From an uncultured Gemmatimonadaceae bacterium (lineage in GTDB: Bacteria > Gemmatimonadota > Gemmatimonadetes > Gemmatimonadales > Gemmatimonadaceae), in assembly GCA_963829055.1 (NCBI GenBank), contig CAWHHI010000006.1, positions 256,001 to 320,000 on the forward strand: 64,000 nt of DNA. The letters are read 5' to 3'. Both the position numbers and the translations under genes were made by a program. Within the stretch, counting starts at the first letter, position 1. The number at the start of each line of letters is the position of its first letter. This document shows positions 55,701 to 64,000 of this stretch, one piece after another. The notes beneath the pieces were generated by a model. The model was given only the letters and a program-made list of their open reading frames with translations, was not told where the DNA came from and made no database searches.

Positions 55701-56129
55701 ATGCTGAAGAAGCTGGCGGCACTCTATGCCCTCACGTCCACAGCCTGCGCGTCATGGCAGACGCAAGGCGGACCACCCGCCCGCGCGATAGAGCAGAGTG
55801 CCTCCAAGGGCGAAGAGATGATCCGCGTCGAGGTCAACTCCGGCAAACGCTGGGAGATCTACGCCGCGACGCTCGTCGGCGACAGCATCATTGGCCGCAA
55901 CACGCCCAAGGCCATTCCGGAGGCCGAGCGGGTTGCCGTCGCGGTGTCGGACGTAAAAAGCATCTCCCGCCACAAATTCAGCGCCGGTCGCACTATCCTC
56001 GCCACCCTGGCGATCACGGTCGCCGTCGTTGCCCTGGTCGGCGCCACCGGATCCTCGTCATCGTCATCATCCTCGAGCTCGTCCTGCGCGTCAGCCAGCG
56101 TGTCGCCGAGCGCGCCGACCGGGGCGTAA
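55701..56129 (+). CDS. lipoprotein with C-terminal TM, poly-Ser tract and second Cys
   Basis: STAC lipobox-like at residue 16; ILATLAITVAVVALVG, eleven Ser, CASA. Confidence 0.7.
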   Translation: MLKKLAALYALTSTACASWQTQGGPPARAIEQSASKGEEMIRVEVNSGKRWEIYAATLVGDSIIGRNTPKAIPEAERVAVAVSDVKSISRHKFSAGRTILATLAITVAVVALVGATGSSSSSSSSSSSCASASVSPSAPTGA

Positions 56130-56144
56130 CCGCCGCGCCGTCGA

Positions 56145-56465
56145 TCAGCCGGCGAACTGCCTCACGAGCGCGATCGCTCCGGCGACGAACGTGACACCGA
56201 GGTAGCCGACCACGAGAGCAGGGCGCTTGAGCACACACCGGCTCTCGCGCAGCCCGCCGCGAATCGCGCGCACGTAGGCCCACAGGCCGAGTGCGCTCAT
56301 GAGCATCACGCACGCCGGCGGTCCGAGGACCCACGCGATGAGCGCGACAGTCGTCATCGCGCAGAATCGCACCGGGTCGAAGCCCGTCGTGCGACCGGGA
56401 GTCGCCGCTGGCGGCCTAACGCCGGCGGCGGCGCGTACGCTGGGGGTCGGGGTTGGCTGCGGCAT
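56145..56465 (-). CDS. small three-TM membrane protein (in frame with the radical SAM as assembled)
   Basis: ATG at 56465 within a TGATG junction; FDPVRFC...AY...SRCVLK...YL. Confidence 0.65.
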   Translation of the reverse strand: MPQPTPTPSVRAAAGVRPPAATPGRTTGFDPVRFCAMTTVALIAWVLGPPACVMLMSALGLWAYVRAIRGGLRESRCVLKRPALVVGYLGVTFVAGAIALVRQFAG

Positions 56466-58044
56466 CAGTCGGCACCGATTGGCTGCGGCGGCCCGTGCGG
56501 CGCGCGCCGCCCGCGCGACCAGCTCCGACGGCTTCATCTGGGAGAGGGGTGACCATGCCTGCACGGCGCAGAAGGGAACGCACTGGTGCGCGTCGCCGTC
56601 CTGCGTCCCGACGTGGACGCAGCACTGCACCAGACGCTCCTCGATCATGGTGTTGATGTCCATGAAGGGCTTGATGGTGATGCGCTTGATGCGCTCCGAG
56701 ACCAGCTTGCGGAAGCCGCTCCGGTCGCCGAGCATCGCCTGGCCAGCGAGCCGCACCAGCGTGCTGAGGCCGAGGTCGCACGTCTCGCACACGTCCCGAA
56801 AGATCTGCGCGAGCGATGGATGCGTGAGCGAGCTCCGCTCACTGAACAGCCCGAGCAGCGCCTCCTTCACCAACCCGCGAAGCTGCTTCGTGATCTGCGC
56901 GTCGGCGATGCGGTTGGCAACGAGGTCGAGGTGCTGCTTCAGCGTGTCTTCCCCCACGAGGCTGAGGAGCGAGCGCCACTCACCGGCGTCGGTGCGGAGC
57001 AGGTAGCCGATGCTACAGCAGTGTGGATGCGAGCAGGGGAGTGCCGTGAGGTCGCGCCAGGTGACGAGCCCGTTCGTCTGTGGGCCGAGTCGCGCGAGGA
57101 CGCCACCATGCGTTAGGCGGTCCGTGGGGTCGAGCGTGAGTGATCGCCCCGACGTGAACTGCGGCTGGATCGACACGCCACCGACGAAGGGCGTCTCGAG
57201 CATGTACTGGATCACGTCGCCGATCTCGTCGTCGTTGACGCCGAGGGACGCCGTCATCGTCAGCGTCGTGAACACGCCGGCTGCGCTCAGGCGCTCGATC
57301 GCCTCGCGTTTGACGCGGCGCAGGTCGGCGCCGCGGTGGGCGCGGTGCGTCTCCAGGCGGAAGCCGTCGAACTGGAAGTACATCTCGATGCGCGTGTTGT
57401 GGCGTTCGAAGAACGAGACGAGTTGATCGTTGCGCGCGATCTGGATGCCGTTGGTGTTGATGACGAGCCGCTGGATGTCGCGCTCGATCAGCGCCTCGAG
57501 GAGCGGAATGAGGTCGGGGTGGATCGTCGGCTCGCCGCCGCTGATCATCAGCACGTCGAGTCGGCCGTTCTCTCGCTCCAGGCGCGCGTCGACGTTCGCG
57601 AGCACCTGCTCCACCGGAACGAACCCGTGCAGGCTCGGCGACGAGTCGGCGAAGCAGGTCGGGCAGGTGAGGTTGCAGGCCGCGGTCACGTCCTCGAGCA
57701 GGATGCAGGTGTGCTGCGTCTGCATCTCGCCCAGCCCCCGCGCGTAGACCAGCGGGACGGGGTCGAAGTTGCCCGGCGTGTCGGGGATGTGGACCTTCGT
57801 CGGCGCCGTCCACTGCTCCAGCCAGCGCAGGATCTCGGGCTGCTCGTCGTACAGCGTCGTGATGCGACCGTGGTCGGGGCAGCCGCGCACGAGCCACGCC
57901 TTCCCGTCGCGCTCCGCGATGTAGCCGGACAGACGTCGCACGTTCGGCGAGGTTCTGCTCTGGCGACTCGCGGTGGCATTCGGGGCAGAACGCGGTGACG
58001 TAGCGCATGACGCGTTCGTCGCGCAGTGGCATTCCGACCGGCAT
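56465..58044 (-). CDS. radical SAM enzyme, Tes/GDGT-MAS (MJ0619)-like architecture (frameshift near 57940)
   Basis: CPEC...CPDHG; CNLTCPTC; SGGEPT; TNG; YFQFDG; PCSHPHC; QCCVH...VPFC. Confidence 0.82.
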
Positions 58045-58068
58045 GATGTCTCTGGGCCTCGGGTGGCG

Positions 58069-58879
58069 TTAGGCGGGTACGGCGCCGGCAAGCGTCTCGC
58101 GCTCACCGCGCCGGCGTCGGATGAAGTACGCGACGAGCGCGACCACACCCGGAAGCACGGTGAGTTGCGATCCACTCAGGCCCAGAGCCATCTCCGGACT
58201 ACCGCGGGTGAACTCGACGAAAAAGCGGAAGACGGCGTAGGCGAGCAGGAAGGCCTTGAAGACGTCGCCCTCCGACATCCACGGCGCTGGCAGCGCGCGT
58301 CGATTCGCGACGCGGAAGAGCACCCAGGCGGCGATTCCAAGGAACGCGGCCTCGTACAGGAAGGAGGGGTGCATCGCGAGGCCGCTCGTGCATGCGGCGC
58401 AGTTGCCGATCCGCGCCGCGGCGTCGGGCGGGACCCGCACGCCCCAGGGCAGCGTCGTTACCGTCCCTGGGCGCTCGGCCAGAAAGCAGCCGATGCGTCC
58501 GATTGCCATGCCGAGCGCGGTACCTGGAATGAGCAAATCGCCCGTCTGGCGGCGGTAGCCGATGAGTCGTTTCGTGACCACGACTCCCGCATACGCGCCG
58601 GCGAGTCCGGCAAGCAGACTCTTACCTCCATACGCGAGGAACCCGGGGAGCGAGGGGTCGCGTGCGTCCAGCAAATACCGGAAGACGAGACCATAACGCG
58701 CGAGGATCGCGGCGCCTACCAGCCCTCCCGCTATCACGAGAAGGAAATCCTGATCGGCGCGTCCGGCGCGCCTCGCGATCCGCCACGAAGTCACGAGCGC
58801 GACCGCGATCCCGAGCGCGACGAACACCGCGTGGGAGTAGATGACGTAACGCGCCCACGTGCAGGAGGACCGGTCGCAT
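58069..58879 (-). CDS. Lgt-family (prolipoprotein diacylglyceryl transferase-like) paralogue (frameshift near 58850)
   Basis: MRPVLLHVG.YVIYSH; GRIGCFL; LPWG; HPSFLYE; YAVFRFFVEFTR. Confidence 0.85.
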
Positions 58880-59186
58880 GCGCTGAGCGGCGGGAAGAGG
58901 AAACAGCTGAGGCGAATATGCAGCGAGCCCCTCACAGCGCAAGCACCGGCGTTCGGCGAGGCCTAACGTCGCCAGGCTACGAACCCGAGCGCGCCATTGA
59001 GCCACCGTCGGCTTGCGGAGCTCGGATACAGAAATAGATTGCGTTTTGTACAGATACGAGGCGGGGCCACATGGCGCGAAAGAAAGCGAGTTCAGCGCGC
59101 GGGTCGAAACCGGCTCGCCACGGCAAGTCACAGACAGCGTCCTATCCGACACCGGGGGAATCGAGCTTCGTGAAAGAAGGCTCCCT

Positions 59187-59411
59187 TTGGCCGTAAAGCG
59201 TACGCGAAAAAACATGGACATGGACCAGGCCAAGCTGGACGTGGCCAGACGCTTCTTTGGCGCACGGACGGAGACCGAAGCCGTGAATACGGCGCTGGAC
59301 CTTGCCGCATTTCAGAGTGAGGTCGAAGCCGGAATCGATAAGATGGTGAAGGCGGGCGGTGTATCGAGCGCCGTCGACGCGACCTGCCGCCTTCCTTCAT
59401 CAATGACGTGA
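59187..59411 (+). CDS. VapB-like antitoxin
   Basis: RKNMDMDQAKLDVARRFFGARTETEAVNTAL. Confidence 0.6.
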   Translation: MAVKRTRKNMDMDQAKLDVARRFFGARTETEAVNTALDLAAFQSEVEAGIDKMVKAGGVSSAVDATCRLPSSMT

Positions 59412-59525
59412 TGATCGCTGTCTCATGCTGCGAGAACGGCATCACACTCATTACAAACAACGCAAAGGATTTCACGACGATCACCCGTCATCGAAGTCCT
59501 TCGCGTTCGAAGCGCCGTGGCCAAG
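59390..59525 (+). pseudogene. C-terminal remnant of a PIN toxin
   Basis: SFINDVMIAVSCCENGITLITNNAKDF matches the PIN C-terminal D..IA......L.T.N.KDF pattern; the N-terminal part is absent. Confidence 0.6.
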
Positions 59526-59607
59526 CAGTCCCCGGCGCAAGACCCGACCAAGGTAGAGGTGCAGCGGCCGCCCGATCCCAGGGTACTCGCCCTCGACAAT
59601 CGTTAGG

Positions 59608-60300
59608 TCACGCGGTCGGAAATCCGAGCGCGCCGTTGAGCCACCGCACGAGCGGCAGCAACCCCTGGAACTCCTTCGCGAGCAGCGCCGGGAGCTTCGC
59701 GTCCGTGACCTGCGCGTCGGTGACCGGGCGGCCGCTCACGAACGACTGATAGCGAAGCCACTTCGCCGCCGGATGGTCCTCGGCGAACCCGCGCGGCATG
59801 CGCTTGAGCACTGCCTCATCGTCGAGCCCACCGTACTTCTTCGTGAGCCCGCGCGCTATGCGGTCGAAGCCAACCGGGTCATGGGCGATCGCGTCGCGCA
59901 GCCGGTTGAGTTGCGGCCGAGGAGGCATCCAGAGCCCACCGCCGACGAACGACTTCCCGGGCTCGAGGTGAAAGTAGAAGCCGGCGCTTCCGGCGTCCGC
60001 TTCGCTGCCAACGCGCGACGTCGCACGGCGGTGGTGGAACCAGCACGCCGCGTGGGTCTTGTACGGCGACTTGTCGCTCGAGAAGCGAATGTCGCGATTG
60101 ATGCGGAACATCGACCGCTTCGGGTCGCCGCCGATCTCGGGCGCGAATTTCGTGAACCGCGCGTTCATCTCGCCAATGAGATCGCGCATTGGCTCGCGCA
60201 CCTCGCCCTCGTAGTCGGCGCGGTGCGCCTCGAACCATTCCTTGTTGTTGTTCTTTGCGAGGCCGCGGAAGAACCGCAGCGCGGCCGGTGTGAATGGCAT
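59608..60300 (-). CDS. DUF2461 / TIGR02453-family protein
   Basis: LAKNNNKEWF; FRINRDIRFSSDKSPYK; LKRMPRGF..DHP. Confidence 0.9.
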   Translation of the reverse strand: MPFTPAALRFFRGLAKNNNKEWFEAHRADYEGEVREPMRDLIGEMNARFTKFAPEIGGDPKRSMFRINRDIRFSSDKSPYKTHAACWFHHRRATSRVGSEADAGSAGFYFHLEPGKSFVGGGLWMPPRPQLNRLRDAIAHDPVGFDRIARGLTKKYGGLDDEAVLKRMPRGFAEDHPAAKWLRYQSFVSGRPVTDAQVTDAKLPALLAKEFQGLLPLVRWLNGALGFPTA

Positions 60301-60563
60301 CGTCCCCTCTTCGGCTGGTGCGGTGATGCAGTATCCATGACTCTGCCATTACAGTAATCGCCTCACGCGCCGCCGCGAGGCGTCGGCAGCCGGCTCGCTC
60401 GTCTGCGCGTGTCGCGCTCGAGAAGCGTTGAGGGGTCATGAGACGGAATCGTCCCTGGCTGCGTTGAATCTGAGGAGCAGTGGACGGCGCACAGCGCCTG
60501 CCAGGCCCAGCGCTGCGGTTCGGTTGGCAGGCGCAGCGCTTCGTACAGCGCAGGAGGAGTCCA

Positions 60564-61109
60564 ATGTCGCGTATGGGTCTCTACACACCGGTCGTGCTCG
60601 GATTGGCGGTGTCGGTCGCCGCCCCTCGCATCCTCGTCGCCCAACGTACCGCCTCAGCGCGGCAAGGAGGGGCGGCAGCAACCGGGCCACTGACCGATGT
60701 CTCTGTGACGTTAGGCGGGCAGACCGTCACGGGGCGCGTCGACGCCAACTGCCACGTGGATGAGCGCGCGACGCCAAGCAACACGCGTGCGTACTTCGTG
60801 GCGATGTACCCGTGGTTCGGTCAACGCGTCGCGGCGGACAAGCCGCAGTGGCGCTTTGATCTGGAGATCCGCCGTGGTGCCACGTCGGAAGCGTCGGATC
60901 AGTTCGTGTTCTCGTTCCTCGACGGCCAGAAATCGGGAACGATTCAAACGGTGTCAGGTTCCCAGCGGATGGGGAGCGGCACCGTCCGGGTCACCCGCCA
61001 CGGCAACGGCGCCCGGTTCGACGTCGATGGGCGAACCAAGGAAGGCGACCCGGTCCGCGCGACGATCGACTGCTCGGCGTTCCAGAAGAGCGAGGGCGCG
61101 GGCGGATAA
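60564..61109 (+). CDS. secreted hypothetical protein
   Basis: AGGAGG RBS, signal peptide, two Cys. Confidence 0.65.
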   Translation: MSRMGLYTPVVLGLAVSVAAPRILVAQRTASARQGGAAATGPLTDVSVTLGGQTVTGRVDANCHVDERATPSNTRAYFVAMYPWFGQRVAADKPQWRFDLEIRRGATSEASDQFVFSFLDGQKSGTIQTVSGSQRMGSGTVRVTRHGNGARFDVDGRTKEGDPVRATIDCSAFQKSEGAGG

Positions 61110-61133
61110 GGCGCCAGGCTTCTCATTGCCCGC

Positions 61134-63813
61134 CTACCGCATCGCCGTGATGGGATCGACGCGTGTCGCTCGCCGCACCGGAACCATGAGCGCCACCGTC
61201 GCCGCAACGAGCAGCATCAGCACCGCCAGGCCGAGTGCGAGCGGATCGAACTGCGCGACGCCGTAGAGCATCCCGCGCACCAGCCGCGAGACCACCACGA
61301 CGCCACCCGCCCCGACGACCAGTCCGAGCACCATCCACGCGCCGCCCTGCCGCAGGACGAGCCGAGCGATGGCGCCGCGGCTCGAGCCTAACGCCATGCG
61401 CACGCCGAACTCCCGCTCGCGCGCCGCCGCCATGGCCGCGAACATCGCATACACACCCACTGACGCGAGCAGTAGCGCCAGCGCCACCGAACGCGGTCAT
61501 GAGCACGACAGGGAGACGCCGTCCCGCGAGCCCGTCCGAGATCAGCGAGCGAAGCGTCGCCGGATTGTTGAGCGGCAACCGCGGGTCGATCGACGCCAGC
61601 GTCTGCTGCACCGGCTTCACCAGCGCCATCGGGTCACCGCGGGTGCGGATCACGAAGATCGGGCCGTTCCACGGATTGACGCGGTTCGACATGTACATCG
61701 TGATCTCCGGATCCGGCCGCGCGGGGTCATTGCGCTCGTTGCCGACGACGCCGACCACGGTGAACACCGGCGTCTCCGGGCTCGCGTCGAGACGGACACG
61801 TCCGCCCACCGCGCCGCCGTTAGGCCACAGGCGCCGCGCCAGTGACTCGTTGATGATGAGCGTGGGCGGCCCGTCGGCGAGGTCCTGCGGGCCGAAGGTC
61901 CGGCCTTCCTTGAGTGGGATCCCCAGCGTACGGAAATAGTCATCGGACACCGTCGTGTACAACGCGAGCGGGACAGCATCGCTCGGTGGTGGCGGCGCAC
62001 CTTCGACGAAAATCGAGTTGTGATTGCCCACCCGTGTCGGGACCTCACCGGTACTCGCCACGGAGATGACGCCGGGGAGTGCTCGCACGCGCTCCTCGAA
62101 CTGCGACACGAATTCCGAACGCGACGCGTTCGTCGTGTACGTGCCCGGCGGGAGCTGCACCGCGACCGTCAGCACGTCGTCGGGGTTGAAGCCTAACGGG
62201 GTAGCAGTCATGGCCCAGAGGCTGCGAGCCAGGAGACCCGCACCGGCGAGCAGGCTGAGACAGAGCGCGATCTGCCCCGCCACGAGGATCCCGCGCAGGC
62301 GCCGTGAGCGCGTGCTCTCGCTCGTGCCGCGTCCCTCATCGCGGAGCGTGTCCTGCGGGTCGGCGCGGCTCACCGCCAGCGCCGGGGTGACGCCGAAGGC
62401 GAGCCCGGTGCCGAGTGCCACGAGCGCCGTGACGAGCAGCGCGCCTCCGTCGAGCGACAGCTCGGCGTAGGGCGGCAGCGCGCGCAGCGCGAGCCCGCGC
62501 AGCACCTTGAGGCCGAGCACCGCCAGGAGGATGCCGGCGGCTCCGCCGGCGAGCGCGAGCACCACGCTCTCCGTGAGCAGCTGCCTGACGACTCTCCCGC
62601 GATTCGCGCCTAACGCGACACGCACCGCGAACTCGCGCCGGCGAGTGAGCCCGCGTGACAGGAGCGCTCCCGCGAGGTTCGCGCAGGTGATCAGGAGCAC
62701 GAGTCCCGCGCTCGCCAGCAGCACGAGCAGGGCTTTCCGGGTGTCGCCGACCATCGACTCCCGGATCGGCATCGCGACAATGCGTGCGCTCCCGTTGAAC
62801 TGCGGGTACTCGCGCGCCAGGTCCTTGCCGATGCGTGACAGGTCCTCCCGCGCCGCCTCCACGGTGATGCCCGGCTTCAACCGGCCGACGAACCCGTAGT
62901 TCTGCTGCCGACGCAGTCGCACCGGGTCACGCATCGCCCCGTGGAAGTCGAGCGCGAAGTAGAAGTCGATCTCGCCCGGCATGGGCGCGACGAACCCGCG
63001 CGGCAGGACGCCGATGATCGTGCGGGTGATCCCGTTCACGCGCACCGCGCGCCCGATGATGCCGGGGTCGCCGCCGAACAGCCGCTGCCACGTGGCGTAC
63101 GTGGCGATGATGTTGTACGCCGTATCGGCCGCGGCGTCTTCAGCGCGAAACACGCGACCGCGGGCGGCCGGTACGCCGAGGGTCGGGAACAGTGCGGGCT
63201 CGACCCACGCGACCCGCGCGACGATCGGGTTGCCATCGCCGTTGTACACCGCCTCACGCGGCCGGCCCTCGAACGCCGCCACCTGCGTGAACGATCGCTG
63301 ACGCGCGGCAATGTCCATGATCGTGCCGGCGCTCACGGGACCGCGGTCGTTCGAGCCGTCGATCCGGCGGCTGTACCCGCGCATGACGCGGTCGGCGTCG
63401 GCGTACGGCAGCGCATCGAGGAGCACCGACTTCACGACGCCGAACACCGCGGCGTTGGCGCCGATGCCTAACGCCAACGTGAGGACGGCGAGCAGCGTGA
63501 ACAGCGGCGCGCGGAGCAGGGAGCGGACGCCGAACCTGAGATCCTGTCGGAGATCGTCGAACCATTCGGCGCGCCGCTCGAGCGCCGCGCGTTCCCGGTC
63601 TTCCGCACTCATGGCCATGCTCCAGTGGTTGGTGTCCCCGAACCGCCGATGCGCTTCCGCGCGCGCCGCCTCCGGCGTCGAGCCGCGCGCCACCAACTCG
63701 GCGACCCGCATCTCCAGATGAAACGCGACCTCCTCGTCCACGTCCGCCTCGATCCGCGGGCGCCTGAGGGCGAGGCGGAACGCGCGTCGCGTGCCGTTAG
63801 GCAGCTCTGCCAT
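61134..63813 (-). CDS. ADOP-family duplicated MacB/FtsX permease (frameshift near 61480)
   Basis: EEVAFHLEM; QDLRFGVR; LALGIGANAAVF; LLITCANLA; REFAVRVALGA; VDPITAMR. Confidence 0.9.
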
Positions 63814-63833
63814 TGTTCTTGCTGCGTCCCACG

Positions 63834-64000
63834 TCAGGCGGTGCGGAGCGCGGCGAAGATGGCCTCCGCGTAGCGCGTCCAGGTGGCGGTCCGGGCTATG
63901 AGCTGCCGGCGCCCGGCGGGCGTCAGCGTGTAGTACTTGGCCCGCCGATTGGCATCGGACACGCCCCACTCACTCGCCGCCCAGCCGTTCTTCTCGAGGC
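63834..64000 (-). CDS. PadR-family regulator (5' end outside window)
   Basis: RLEKNGWAASEWGVSDANRRAKYYTLTPAGRRQL, directly upstream of the ADOP permease. Confidence 0.88.
   Translation of the reverse strand, partial: LEKNGWAASEWGVSDANRRAKYYTLTPAGRRQLIARTATWTRYAEAIFAALRTA

Noticed and set aside
174..63802. GCCTAAC/GTTAGGC as integron attC core sites of a cassette array
   Set aside because: The words match RYYYAAC/GTTRRRY, but they are not paired at attC distances, most lie inside genes including core operons, and there is no integrase.
174..63802. Octamer as a Chi or KOPS site
   Set aside because: Orientation is about even (30 vs 25) and interleaved, with no strand polarity in this window.

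Overview
This is a GC-rich (about 69% by eye) bacterial chromosomal segment. Its gene content (BTAD/TPR regulator, Ser/Thr kinase-TPR, PadR plus ADOP permease, VPS10/BNR protein, Oar-like TonB receptor) suggests Gemmatimonadota, which is an inference. Many genes are split by single-base frameshifts, most likely long-read errors. Recognisable loci: frdABCD-type fumarate reductase, an ABC-2 transporter, two tandem toxin-antitoxin pairs, a YehL/M/P/Q-like MoxR/VWA/SWIM locus, and a three-gene unit (Lgt paralogue, Tes/GDGT-MAS-like radical SAM, small membrane protein). The most striking signals outside the gene calls are: (1) a non-palindromic octamer GCCTAACG/CGTTAGGC iterated about once per kb on both strands, mostly inside genes; (2) six copies of a nested-hairpin intergenic repeat with GTCATTCCGAGCG termini; (3) a second palindrome family, GCCAGAWYTGGC. 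I found no rRNA, tRNA, CRISPR array or integrase. Family calls rest on motif recognition, not database searches, and counts are manual.
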